DNA from: Eledone cirrhosa
Lineage: Eukaryota
DNA length: 64,000 nucleotides
Direction: 5' to 3'
Assembly: GCA_964016885.1 (NCBI GenBank)
Contig: OZ024744.1
Location: forward strand, 49,662,001-49,726,000
In this document: positions 47,464-60,596 of the stretch, piece by piece
Position numbering within the stretch: position 1 is the first letter of the stretch
Layout: every line of letters starts with the position of its first letter
Notes under the pieces: model-generated
Databases searched by the model: none
What the model saw: only the letters and a program-made list of their open reading frames with translations
What the model was told of the DNA's origin: nothing
Translations under genes and position numbers: made by a program

Positions 47464-48377
47464 CTAGTGACTTCGAAGCAAATCCTCTTTCTGTTAGACT
47501 CCGACCCTTAGAATTGCTACCATCTGCCATCATCTTGTTTGCGTGGCCCCTCGATTGGTCAAGATTTCGAGACGTCATCTGTATGTTTGACCATTCAAAT
47601 CTGCCCACTGACCATTTCCATTCAGGCGTGACTGTCACTTGCCTTAATTCTGTCGCCAGAATTACTGCTACATGGGCGAGGGGTTATGAACTGCCTTTCC
47701 AGTCACTATCTTGCCCACAGCCCGACACCTATACACCCACACACACGTGTGGTCACACATAGACAGACATTCCGAGCTCCTGATCGCACACTTATCTGTG
47801 CGGACATACACACACACACATATAGCTCGCGCGTTTGCGTACACACGCACACATGCATATATTCACCCCTCATATGTAGGTACATGCATACACAGACATA
47901 CTCACACACGTACACATACACGGACTCACAGATATACGTATATCTATCCACACACACACACACACACACACACACTCATACACGCGCACACATATATATA
48001 TATATATGCACACCTATATATACACACACATACATATACCCGCGCGTACATATGCACGCAACGAAGCCTACTCACATACACACACCACATATATACACAC
48101 ACACCGACACACACACGTGCGTATGCACACATATGAAAAGAAACTGTACAAAAGTACTTGGAAAGTACATAGAAACATGCATATGATGCTCTACATCAGG
48201 GAGTACGCAAAGAAAATTTATGGAAATGGTCAGTGGGCAGATTTGAATGGTCAAACATTCAGATGACGCCTCGAACTCTTGACCATTCGACGCGCCGCGC
48301 AAACAGGATGATGTCAGATGGTAGAAATTCTAAGGGTCGGAGTCTAACACAGAGAGGATTTGCTTTGAAGTCACTAG

Positions 48378-48470
48378 ACGTATCTGAGGAACTTGCGAAT
48401 CCAGAGTCAGGTTCGACCCACAAACAGATCGCACCTCGAGCTGTTCGCCAGAGAAACGATTGTAATGCGT
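48378..48470 (+). ncRNA. Type I hammerhead ribozyme
   Basis: acgtat-CTGAGGA-a-cttgcgaat...gttcgccag-a-GAAAC-gatt-GTA-atgcgt, then AATAAA. Confidence 0.7.
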
Positions 48471-48615
48471 AATAAATTGTGTTCCGATGCATCACTGATT
48501 TTTCATTTTCCATATTATATATACATATATATATATATATATAATCCTTATCGAGCCCTCTTCGGATTTTAGTCTTCACATTTGTTTTTATTATTACTTA
48601 TATATATTTATAATT

Positions 48616-48744
<129 letters not shown>

Positions 48745-48768
48745 AGGGGGGCGAGTGTACATGTTAAA

Positions 48769-48860
48769 ACATATCTGAGGAGCTTCCAATTCCAGAGTCA
48801 GGTTTGATCATTAATAGATCGTTCCTCGGGCTGATCGACAATGAAACATATGTAATATGT
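48769..48860 (+). ncRNA. Type I hammerhead ribozyme, diverged copy
   Basis: acatat-CTGAGGA-...-GAAAC-atat-GTA-atatgt. Confidence 0.6.
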
Positions 48861-49039
48861 AATTAAATATGAATATGATGCAACACTGATTCTTTGTCAC
48901 CTTATATATTAATATTATATATATATTTTTTTACCTGTTCCAGCCTATAGGCCAGGGCTATGTTGGGCCAACGCCATTGTTGTTACATTTTCTATAGCTG
49001 TCTTTCCTTGGTTGGCGATTAAGTCATGAGAACAATATT

Positions 49040-49255
49040 TTGGTATGGCACAAAACCGGTTCAAACAATAATACTACTCACATACCATATCATTCAAACC
49101 GGCCACGGTACCGGCAAGACGAGTGTGGAACCTTAACAATAAAGGGATCCCATACATTATTAGCTGGAATATTCTGGATTGTTCACGCCCTTATATGAAA
49201 GGAATAAAGAGGTGTTCACTCTGCTTAACCTAAAAATTTAGAATACTGCAAGGCT
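49040..49255 (+). pseudogene. PLE (Naiad-like) GIY-YIG C-terminal fragment
   Basis: VWNLNNKGIPYIISWNILDCSRPYMKGIKRCSLCLT*K. Confidence 0.6.
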
Positions 49256-50579
49256 TGAAGATCTCTGTGAAAAAATGTATTTTTCAGAGGATGCCTCCAT
49301 ATGCGATCCTACCTCCTCTCGGTATGGGAGAATACAAGCCCGGACATACAAAATACCACTATCTAATGACCACCTTAGTCCACAAACCGGTCTTAGGAAT
49401 ATATATGTACACATCAAACTACACCCAAATACAATTAAATGCAGTAACCTACATAAATAATATACACATAAATAATGCATACACCATTAACAATACTGCA
49501 CCCCACCTCTATATAGAATAAACACAAAATCTATAAACGTACGGATATATATATATATACAAACATTTTCCACTTGAACAATGCATATAGTTTCCCCACA
49601 GAAAGTATATGAACATAAACATAGAGAGAATATTTACATTTTAACAATTAGATTTCTTATTACAAAATTTTAATTATAAAATATGTATGTGTGTGTGTGT
49701 GCGTGTGCGTGTGCGTGTGTGTGTGTGTGTGTGGTGAGGTGTATATTGGCAGTCATATGAGTTACTTCCCTGTACAAGGAAAATGCCAAATAGATAACCA
49801 CATTATTAACCCCTTTCATTTGACGAAATCTCATTGGTTTTTCCCGATAATACCTAAACTAGTAGACAGACTATCTATGTCCCATGCTGGTTAAGGTTTG
49901 AAACCTTAGGTAGCATGCATTTGTGTTGAGATCTTATTCACGCGTGTGTGTGTGTTTCATTTACCTGTTCCTGGGGATGGGCTGAGACCATGCACTGCCA
50001 ATAATATTACATCCTCTATAACCACCCCCATTACTGCTTCTTGTCCTGTTGTAGGTTTATCTATGATCTTATATAGCAGAATTTCAAATTTTTTCTAGAA
50101 AACATTTACATCTGCTCTATGTAGTTCTCTCAGGTATTTTTGGCAGCTTATTAAAGAGCTATTCAAGTAACTGGACCTTTCTCTAGATATGGAGGATGGG
50201 AACTTCGGCGCTACACAATGATGTCCTCTTTGGTGGGTAGTCCAGTTCTCAATGCCAAAATTTGGTGCTAATCCTTCCAGTATATTCTATATGTATATCT
50301 TTGCGTACCTCTCCCGTCTTCCCTCCAGAGAGTAGAGCTTTAGTTATTAGTTATTTCGGCCTCTCCCAGTTGCTCATCTTCATTGAGGCAATCTTCTTTG
50401 TTTAGCTCCGTTGGATTGTTGAAAATTCTGTTGTGATTTTGACACTTTGGGGTGACCACAGCTAAGAGCAATAGTCTAGTAAGCAGAGAACAATTGTCAC
50501 CCAGAATCCATCCGATCAGTCGTCTGCACATGGTCGTTATCTTAGTGATGTATGCATGAAACAACATATCATAGCTCAT

Positions 50580-53549
50580 GTCGGATAGGAGATGGCAACC
50601 TTCACGTAGTCCACTCTATAGAATTCATTGCAATTAATGCCATTGCTCGATATATGCACACCTTGTACAATCAACTTGTTTGTTATCAAAATCCTTTTGG
50701 TCATGACTGTTATGAATCATGACACCAACGGCCCTTCTAAGGGCCAATCTTCCCGACAAATCCGGAAAACACTACATATCCTATAGATCAATGCAGAAAA
50801 TATGTCGAGAGCGAAAAGCAGCTACCTCGCGAAATTGATGTCATTAATACAGAAAATTAATACTGGTGATGTCAAGAACTGCTCTAAGCTTCGCGTCTAT
50901 GGGTACAAGCTCATTGCTACAGTACCCCACTCGAAAAACTGTTGCCACTTACAGCAGGCATGCTATTACAGAATTTTCTAATCTTGAGCAATCCTGCAGG
51001 GATGACATATCACTACTGTGAGAGTTGGGGCACCTCAACATTACTAACGTGTACTTGGCCTTCCGGAGTTGCACGCCAGTGACTTCAACAGGCACCACTC
51101 TCCATGGGGCTATGTCACAAAACAATGAGACTGGGGACTAATTGGAGGTATGGACTTCAGCCAGTGGCCGCTATCTTCTCCATGATGCCAAACAGCCTGA
51201 CACGTTCTATTCTAGTCGCTGGAAGGAGAATTACAACACAGATCTCTGCTACTTTTCTAATCAATCAATGGACGTCCTGTTCAGGCTGCTCACAAGATAC
51301 TCCCTCACTTTCTCTCCAACCAACTTAGACCAGCTATGATACACATCAGCATAGAGATTCCTGTTATATAATCCAAGCCACTACCACGTGGAACTTCAGA
51401 AAGGCTGATTGGGAATATTTCAGTTCAGATGTAGAGGAACAGATCATCAGCTAGGAATTATACTTCATTTTGTAAGATTCTGAAGGATGTTGCCAAGAAA
51501 CATCCCACGAGGTTTCTGTTAATCTTACACCCCGTGTTGGCTTCCAGTGTCTGAAGAGCTTCTCAAGAGCTATGAGACCTCAAGTGATCCACATATTGCT
51601 ACGGAACTCTTAGACCCTCTTGACTCAGCCAGACACGTTTGCAGGGAATGGTGGAAGATATGGATTTCATTCACCCTAGGAGGAAAGTATGGAATCTCCT
51701 TAGGCGACTTGGTGTAGCATCTCCCATTCAGCAACAGTCACAGAAAGTAACTGCTAATGCAGTTGCAACACGCCTACTTCTCAACTCCAAGGTACCTTCA
51801 GCCAAGGAGGCATGCCAAGAAGTCCATAAGAATCTCTCAGCAGCCTACGTATCCTCACCGAAGGGTACCTCACTTGCTAGACCTTACACCTTAAGTGAGA
51901 TAGATACTGGCCTTTCATCCACCAAAGTAGACGAGGCATCTATCATAAATTCCTTAAGGATCTCAGGCCAATTGCCCGAGACTGGCTGGTTTCTCTCTAC
52001 ACAGTCATCCACTCAACTGGAGTTATCCCGAAGATCTGGAGAGAAGCTAAGGTCATCGCCATCCTGAGACCCGGGAAACCTGGGGATAACCCTGCAAGCT
52101 ACCGACCAATCTCTCTCCTCTGTAGCTTTTACAAGATATTTGAACAGTTCCTTTTGGTTAGGGTTGGCCCTTTAGTAGAACTCTTCCTAAGGAGCAAGCA
52201 GGCTTCAGACCACAAAGAAGTTTCACTGATCAAGTTTTCACCCTCACTACCTTCATTGAGGTTGGCTACCAACAAGGTCTTAAGACAGAGGCTTCTCTGG
52301 TCAACTTCTCTTCTGCATACGACACTCTATGGAGAAGCAGCCTCCTTCTGAAGACCTGTATACCATCAAGTACCAGCCAACTGTGAACATACTTGCCTCC
52401 ATACTCAGTAACCTAAGATTCAGAGTGTCGCTAGGAGGTCAAACAGGTTCAACCAAAACCCTGAATGATAGCCTTCCCCAAGTTTCGCCCAGCTTTAATG
52501 CTCTTTAAATGAGTGATATACCCAGGACAACTTCAAGGAAATTTGCATACACAGATGACCTTGCCTTGGCTATCCAATCTACTGACTTTGACAAACTCAA
52601 TTTTACACTCAATTTCACACTCACAGGAGACCTGAAGAAGATGGGGGACTATTACAGCTACTGGCACCTTCAGTCCAACCCAAGCAAAACCACTGTGACA
52701 GCATTCCATATCAGCACCAGACAAGTTGGATGGAACTCAGGGTCTCCTTCTGTCGTGCACCTGTCAAGAATGAACCACACCCCAAATATATTGGTATAAC
52801 ATTGGGTGGCAGCCTGACCTAGTGAGAGCATCTAAAAAGGGTTGTCGGAAAGCTGAAGACCAGGATTAATATCATCCACAAGTTAGTAGGAAACTGTGTT
52901 TAGCACTTGCATACCCAGTTGCAGAGTATTGTTCACTGGTCTGGGTAGGGATATGCCATGCCAAGCAAGTTGATACCACCCTCAACTTAACAATAAGTAT
53001 AGTATCTGGCACACTGAAATCTACACCTATTCATTGGCTGCCTACCCTTTTTCATATAGCATCTTCTCACATGTGGCATCAGGAGATGATCCGCAAAACA
53101 ACACCGCTTACCAAGTCCAAGACAGACCTTCCCATTCATGAAGATTTGCAAAACGTTCCCAGCATGTGCTTGAAATCACGGAAACCATTCTGGGAATCAA
53201 TGACGACCCTCCATGACAATAACTTTGATCTGAAGGAAGAGTAGCAAAGATCATGGAATGAGTCCAAATTTGCCAACTAAGACCACGTCCAGGACCCCAC
53301 ATCTAAATCAACCGGCTTTGACCTTCCCAGAAAGCAATGGGTGTCCCTTAATCAGATCCACACAACACATACCAGGACAGCCATCATCTCCACCAATGGA
53401 AAATGAAAGACAGCCCAGCACGTGATTGTGGGGACCCTGACCAAACAGTACTACATGTTGTTTGATATTGCCCCCTCAGATGTTTTCCCGGTGGCCTGGA
53501 GACAATCCCTAATCCTGTAAATGACGTGTTGGTCTGGCTCGACAAGAAG
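50580..53549 (+). mobile_element. Ingi/Vingi-like LINE (APE plus RT), degenerate, 9-bp TSD atagctcat
   Basis: TSD at 50571-50579 and 53550-53558. DFNRHHSPWG, HDAKQPDTFYSSRW..DLC, WNFRKADW, YRPISLL, FAYTDDLA, GFDLPRKQWVSLN. Confidence 0.8.
50583..50643 (+). ncRNA. Degenerate HDV-like ribozyme at the Vingi 5' end
   Basis: P1 ggatagg/ccactct, P2 atggca/tgccat, P3-L3 acc-ttcacgt-agt, J4/2 ttaa (CTAA expected). Confidence 0.45.
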
Positions 53550-54025
53550 ATAGCTCATATAACTTCCCCGGTCCCGTATTCAGGGATTTCAATCTCTCCT
53601 GGTCCAGAATAATTTTGTTGTAGTAGACTTGTGTTATGTGGTTGATAATGGAGGGCTTGACATTTCCTGGCATTAAGCTGCATATAGTTGCCCTCAGCTT
53701 ATTCATATATGGAAAGTAAATCTCAATGATTCCTGATTGTCTGTGCTACTTTTGTGTTATCAGCATACCAAGTGAGAATGGGTACCTATAACTAAGGGCG
53801 TGTATGAGGGAGCCTCCACAAACAGTTGAGGTTCCAAGACAGTTATTTGAAGTTTCTCTCTAAAGAAGTCATGCAGCCGTTCTCTTATTTTTTCCATTTA
53901 TGCAGAGATTATGGAGTTTGTGACATAACGTTCCATCATTCCATAATCAACCTTATCAAAGACCTTTGAAAAGCCAAGATATATCACATCCACATTTCAG
54001 CAGTTTAGCAGCTGTTTCAGTATGA

Positions 54026-54082
<57 letters not shown>

Positions 54083-54109
54083 GTGTGTGTGTGTGCGTAT
54101 ATATATATA

Positions 54110-54157
<48 letters not shown>

Positions 54158-54187
54158 TATATATATATACATACATATATATATATT

Positions 54188-54244
<57 letters not shown>

Positions 54245-54250
<6 letters not shown>

Positions 54251-54614
54251 TCGCAAGATTTTTTTATATGAAATCGTGTGTCGAAACAAATATATCATAA
54301 CAAATATCTAAACATATAAATGACTCAAGAGGTAGGCAAATCAGAGAAGCAAGTGAAATAGAGCTTAGAAAACCAAACGTAAACAGAAAGAACGAATGGA
54401 ATAACAACAACAACCATACCCAAACAAACAATACTGACTTAAGGGAAATATAAATAAATAAATATATATATACACAAGTACAATAACAACAAACACATAT
54501 AAACACACACTAGTAAACAAAGATAGAATACAAAAACCAAAACACACACTCAAACGCAAACACACATCAAACATTATACACACACCCAAACGCATGCGCA
54601 GAGAGAGACAAAAA

Positions 54615-54665
<51 letters not shown>

Positions 54666-54965
54666 AATAAAAATGGCGTAAACATTACAATACAATACAA
54701 TACGATACAATAGGAGGGAACATGTTAATAGTACCACTGATGATGTTGCAGATGTGCAACGAAAGAAGTTTGTTAGACTATCTATATATATATTTATATC
54801 TGTATTTTTAACCGCTGGTCAATCACTGATAGAACGTTGATTGCCAAATGAATTAACTGTGGAGATATAAAAGATACAGAAGCGAAAACCAACCAAACAG
54901 TGAGTGGGTTCTGTTATTATTTCTGGCAATATTATTACAATATGACTCTCCCCAAGTATAACAAT
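54245..54965. mobile_element. PLE-type repeat homologous to 160-700, inverted
   Basis: See first feature; flanked by (TA)n. Confidence 0.55.
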
Positions 54966-54966
54966 G

Positions 54967-54997
<31 letters not shown>

Positions 54998-55066
54998 AGT
55001 AATAATAATAAATTTGAAGACTAAAATCCAAAGAGGGCTCGATAAGGATAAATATATATCAAATAT

Positions 55067-55251
55067 ATAAGAACCCTAGAGCAAATATTCATTAAAATAA
55101 CATTAAAGTTTAAGCAAAGAATCGCTGCTTACACTCTTAACGGGATCTTCTGAAACTAAAAAAATCAATCTGTGAATGCAGAAGTAAATATTTCGAAAAA
55201 CGTTGCAGCCGAAGGAAAACAGGAAGACGATACTTTGGTTCGTGAAGACGT
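55067..55251 (+). repeat. Interspersed repeat, also at 57441-57604 (inverted) and 60075-60242
   Basis: taaagtttaagcaaagaatcg..tatttcgaaaaacgttgca.ccgaa..aaaacaggaaga shared by all three. Confidence 0.85.
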
Positions 55252-55614
55252 TCTCTGGCAATGAACGGGAAAAAGCGAAGATAATACGTCGTTATGTGGT
55301 GCGATGAGAACAAGCAAGACAATACCATGTTTATGGTATAAATGAAGTCGTAGAATAATATTCTATTTAGGAAACCGAATAACTTCAGAGTTAAGAATAA
55401 TGGAAATAAATTAGTAGAAGGAAAATGACAGAGGTTATTGAAATCAACAATAATTAACCGCCATGCATGCAAATACAAGCACGTACACATAAACACACGC
55501 ACACATACATAAACCCGCACGAAAACTATACCCGCACACAAACGAACGTATGCGCCAAATACACATAAAATTAAAAATATATATATATAAATAAATAAAA
55601 AAAGTAATAAAAAA

Positions 55615-56708
55615 AATCCTGATGCTGAGGAGGATATTAGAGGGACCTAGAGCAAAGTGCCTTCCTGCGGTCATGGTTTTGATTGACTTTAGGAAGGCCT
55701 TTAATTCTGTAGACCGTCACTGATCTTACAGGCTTATGGAATCCCCAAGAAGATAGTGGACCTGATATCACTGCTCTACACCAACACCAAAGCCCAAGTC
55801 ATTACACCTGATGGGATGACAGAGTTCTTTGAGATACTGGCTGGAGTGCTCCAGGGAGATACATTGGCTTCCTACCTTTTTATCATCGTAGTGGACTATT
55901 GTATGCGCCTTGCACTGGAGAAACACCAGGACTCTGGCTTTACTATAGCACCGGCTCAGAGCAGGAGAGTTAAGGCGAAAAAGATATCAGATGCTGAATT
56001 TGCCGACGTCATAGTTTTGGTGACAAATACAGTGAAGGAGGCAGAGGATTTGATGCGGGAGGTTTAGACTGTGTCGATGAGTGTGGGGCTGAGAACGAAT
56101 GGGACTAAAACAAAATATCTGGTAGAGAATGTTGAGAAGCCAGGGGGGATCACTAATGTAGACGGGAAGCCGCTAGAATTGGTTGAGGACTTCCTGTATT
56201 TGGGAGCAAAGATTGGGAATACGGAAGATGATGTGGTTGAGAGGAAGAGCAAAGCCTGGGCGGCGTGCCACAGCTTGAGATCGGTGTGGAAGTCGGACCT
56301 TCGTAAAGACCTGAAAATCCGCCTCTTCATTGCTGTATTGCAGTCTGTGCTGCTGTACGGGTCTGAGACTTGAACACTGACCAAGAAACTCACTCAGATG
56401 GTGGATGGATGCTACACGAGAATGCTGTGGGTGGCTCTAAACATTAATCAGTATACACTGAGGATGAAAAACTCAGCTGTATGGGAGCCTCCCAAAAGTC
56501 AGCTCAAAAGTGACACAGAGGAGACTGAGGTTAGCTGGACATGTTCACTGACATCCAGAGTTGACATTGCACTCAGTGCTCCTGTGGGAGCCCCTACATG
56601 GACACACTGGAAGAGGAATACCAAGGTTAACGTATGTTGATGCCCTAAGGACAGACACTGGTCTGTTGAAGACGCAGGACATGGCAGCGATAGTGAGGGA
56701 CAGAGAAG
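55615..56708 (+). pseudogene. 5'-truncated RTE-clade LINE (RT and 3' region)
   Basis: IDFRKAFNSV, GVLQGDTLA, EFADVIVL, VEDFLYLG, SVLLYGSET. Confidence 0.85.
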
Positions 56709-56911
56709 AGGTCCAGCGATCTGTGTTTACGCATCAATTTCAAATCAGCGACTGGCCAGTAACACGTGCTGTATCCACTAAAAATACACACATCACACCA
56801 GCTTCGTCCCAGTGGCGTGAATAGGGTTATCGACAACTAGAAACAGTAGTCAAGTCCTTTCAGTCAAGTCGCTGATTTGAACTTGATGCGTAAGCACAGA
56901 TCGCTGGACCT
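56709..56911. mobile_element. MITE-like element with 45-bp TIRs (2 mismatches)
   Basis: 56709-56753 and 56867-56911. Confidence 0.7.
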
Positions 56912-57150
56912 AAGCCTTGTTGAACATCCAGGACCTGGCAACTGTCGTTTACCAATCGATTAATTGGTGAAATATATTTCTTTAATGGAATATATACGAG
57001 GAAGATTAATCAAATTATAAGGTATCTATTTTTGAAGTTCTAGTTAAACTTTATTTAGTTACCTACCTAGCTATGTGTGCTTACACACTTTTACAAATGA
57101 TCCCTTGTGATTGTTTCATATGTTTAATTATATGCCAATCAATTTCTAGT

Positions 57151-57223
<73 letters not shown>

Positions 57224-57228
<5 letters not shown>

Positions 57229-57598
57229 TATAAAGCTGACGGCCGTATGTAAGTAACACACTTTCCGCCAAACGGCTGGACCAAACGGCACGAAATTTGC
57301 ACCTTAGATGTAACTTTTTCCAAGTAAGAAAGTGAGGATATTTTTGTCTACTGAATTTTGTTAAAAGATTAAAGACATTATTTAAATATTCACTTCTTTA
57401 ACATTTTCAAATGTCAACACTTCCGGTTATACGACATTACTAACGTCTTCACGAACCAAAGTATCATCTTCCTGTTTTCTTTCGGTTGCAACGTTTTTCG
57501 AAATATTTACTTCTGCGTTCACAGATTAATTTTTTTAGTTTCAGAAGATCCCGTTAAGGGTGAAAGTACCGATTCTTTGCTTAAACTTTAATCTGTTA

Positions 57599-57662
<64 letters not shown>

Positions 57663-58040
57663 TAATTATATATTTGTGTACAGATATTTTTGCATACACA
57701 AAAAAAACAAAATATAAACAAACATATTTATTTCACGAAAGCACAGACGGCATATCATCAATGTTACTGCCGATATACCCCCGAAAAAGTCCTAGCCAGG
57801 CCGCAAGATCAGATTTTCCAGAAGAAAAATTTTTACTAGAGCAACAGAGAGACTAAGCTTCGCGATTACCATCAACAAAGCTCAGGGTCAAACCTTAAAA
57901 GTGGCTGGCCTTCATCTGGAAAAACCATAGTCAATTGTATGTAGGATGCTCTAGAGTGAGCTCGCCAAACAATCTCTTCCCCTTTGCTCCTGAGGGCCGA
58001 ACAAAAAATATTGTTTGCTCTGAGGCTCTAACAATGTAAT
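57224..58040 (+). mobile_element. Helitron-derived relic: 5'-end-like sequence and helicase C-terminus (57850-58040)
   Basis: tatactataaagctgac..aacggctggacc; RLSFAITINKAQGQTLKVAGLHL..QLYVGCSRV..TKNIV. Confidence 0.6.
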
Positions 58041-58454
58041 TTATGCATTTTCTGTTACTTGAAATTTCTATTATGGTTGTACAAATTATTGTAATGTTTG
58101 TTAAAAAATGTGTTCTCTGTTCAACCTTTATTGTTGTAACTATCAATTTTCTTTAACTTTTGTTTCTACAGTTACAACCATTCGTGAATATTATATCAGG
58201 GGAGTTAGTCAAATTTGGTATGGAATTTACTGGACTTGTTATATGTGAAGGAGATGGTGGTTTGTTGCAGTTTATTTTAGTATTATGGTTGGTTTGATGT
58301 GTTGGTGGTATATTCGTGGTTATTTTACATTTATATGCGTTGTACGCACTTATATTTTGTTGTATATTTTTGGTAGTGGAGTAGGAAAATTTGACAGTTG
58401 ATCTATTTAAAATTTGATGGTATTTATGGTAAATACCTAAAAGAATACATATAA

Positions 58455-58772
58455 ATTAATTTAATTTCCTGTTATGAATCTAGATTCCTTGTAGTATATA
58501 TAAGATTGGTATTTCTCACTACTACACTTATCCCAAAATTTTATTTTCCTTCGTTTTTAACAACATTCTTTAATAACATCTAATTCTTATTTATCACATC
58601 CATATGAATTAATATAAATTTACCCCTATAAGTATACCTATCGATTAATTTAATTTCTTGTTATAGATCTAAATTCCCTGTGTTTTAAATAAGATTGGTA
58701 TTTCTCACTACAACCCTTGCCCTAAAATTTTACTCTCCTTCGTTTTTAACATTATTCTTTAATAACATCGAA
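58455..58772. repeat. Diverged direct duplication, ~190 bp period
   Basis: taagattggtatttctcactac..ccttcgtttttaaca..ttctttaataacatc occurs twice. Confidence 0.75.
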
Positions 58773-59194
58773 TTTTCGTGTACCTTTCACCGGCTTGACC
58801 TCTTTTTATCCCCAAAATATTCTTTTCATTCAAAGTATTCTTTCCATTCAAAACATAAGTCTGCATTCCTCTACCCCTAAATTAAATTTCTACCACTATA
58901 TTCTATCAACTTTACCTCTTACTACTTTTCTATTGGTCAATACAAAACCTGTTCCCAAACAGACCTATTATATTAAATCTTTGTTGGTTTTTTTCAATAA
59001 ACAAATCTCATTATTTCTAAAGACAGCATATATATGTGAAGCTATGTATATTTCATCTGATAGTTTGTAATATTTTTACATAGATCTATATGATATACAT
59101 ACCAACACACATATATATCCTAGAAACGATCGTAAAATGATGAATTTTTTAATATAAGGAACTTGTTCTTTGTTTTTATTCATTGTTTTTATTA

Positions 59195-59255
<61 letters not shown>

Positions 59256-59261
<6 letters not shown>

Positions 59262-59690
59262 AAGCCCGAAGCTTGTCCCCTTCAACAGCAATGCAACACA
59301 CCCGCTGTAGTTTATGAAGCTGTGGTCACTTCCAACCGACCAAATCAACCACAGGAGGTTAAACCCTATGTGGATATGGCGGACGGCCAATTTAAGGAAC
59401 GATTCCTGACCACCAGTCGACCTTTAGGTACCCGGACAAACATTCATCCACGAAACTCGTGAGCCACGTATGGTCCCTCAAGGACTCAAGTATAGACTAC
59501 TCCATTCAATGGAAAGCCATCACTAAGTCCAAGCCATACGCAAGGAGCAATCCGTCGGGTGGACTATGTATTGATGAACGAATAAATATTCTAAAGAGAT
59601 TACGCAATAGTGATTGCCTAAACTGAAGGTTGAATTCGTCACACGTTGTCCAAACGTCTGGAAACACCTCTTACATAACTACAAAGCTCC
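59256..59690 (+). pseudogene. PLE (Naiad-like) GIY-YIG 3' fragment starting at (TA)n
   Basis: CRKPEACPLQQQC..VVYEAVV..YVDMADGQFKERF..HVWSLKD..YSIQW. Confidence 0.7.
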
Positions 59691-59862
59691 GGATTGAATT
59701 ACAACATCCTAATTTTCTTATCAACTAGAAATTTTCGGACTTTCACAGTTATTTCCCTTACACCTCTCGCACGCAATTTAGTATTGCCTGTGTGAAGTGA
59801 TCGATTCTGCGCATGCGCGTTCGTACGGTTGTCCTTCCTGTTCCGTATAACCATGTCCATTG

Positions 59863-59900
59863 CGAGCTGAGGATCCGCTAAGGTGAAACAATTGTTCTCG
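59863..59900 (+). ncRNA. Minimal type I hammerhead in PLE 3' region
   Basis: cgag-CTGAGGA-tcc.gctaa.ggt-GAAAC-aatt-GTT-ctcg. Confidence 0.6.
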
Positions 59901-60339
59901 GTATGGTGAACTAACTGTTGTGTAACCACTTCTACCTAACTCGTCCCATGGACTGAGTGTATACCACTACGGATATTACCTTCCAGTGCTCTACCACGAT
60001 ATATATATATATATAGAGAGAGAGGGGGTTAGAACACTGGAAGGTAATACCCGTAGTGGTAGAGCACTCAGTCCATAAGAACCCTAGAGCAAATATTTAT
60101 TAAAATAACAGATTAAAGTTTAAGCAAAGAATCGCTGCTTTCATCCTTAACGGCATCTTCTGAAGCTAAAAAAAATCAATCTGTGAACGCAGAAATAAAT
60201 ATTTCGAAAAACGTTGCAACCGAAAGAAAACAGGAAGACGATTAAATATGTCTTTCTGCTAGGTACAGGTATGTTCTTTGTAGAAATATTCGGGTGTTGT
60301 TTCAGCATGTTGAATATAAGGCAACAGAGTGCTCAACCT

Positions 60340-60434
60340 CGTTTTTTTCACTTTCTCTCTTCTTCCGTGTTGCGTTTGTCTATAATGTATGTAATGATTT
60401 TCTTGATGTCAGCCCTTGTGGCCAATAAAGAAAT
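60340..60434 (+). mobile_element. Tx1 3' terminal fragment with (ATT)n
   Basis: ttttcttgatgtcagcccttgtggccaataaagaaatc matches the ends of copies 2 and 5. Confidence 0.75.
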
Positions 60435-60436
60435 CA

Positions 60437-60471
<35 letters not shown>

Positions 60472-60596
60472 GTTGCATTTATCTTGCTTTATGTTCATAC
60501 GAGTTATCACCAAGTCACAACCAGTGACCTCAAGAGACAACAAGGTCCGCCATGTTCAAGAAAGAACATACATACTCACACATGCATCTTTAGTGT

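Larger units (their letters stand above)
47340..48500. mobile_element. PLE-type inverted pseudo-LTR pair (~280 bp arms) around a CA-rich spacer
   Basis: 47340-47620 is the reverse complement of 48220-48500. Each arm holds a hammerhead followed by AATAAA. Confidence 0.75.
50020..54015 (-). mobile_element. Degenerate CR1-like LINE split by the Vingi insertion (pieces ~50020-50579 and 53550-54015)
   Basis: [47 protein letters not shown]. Confidence 0.7.

Noticed and set aside
50700-50830. 2A-like peptide at the Vingi N-terminus
   Set aside because: No D(V/I)ExNPGP motif found.
59690-59860. SECIS element, since some Naiads encode selenoproteins
   Set aside because: No clear AUGA..AA..GA kink-turn hairpin seen by eye.
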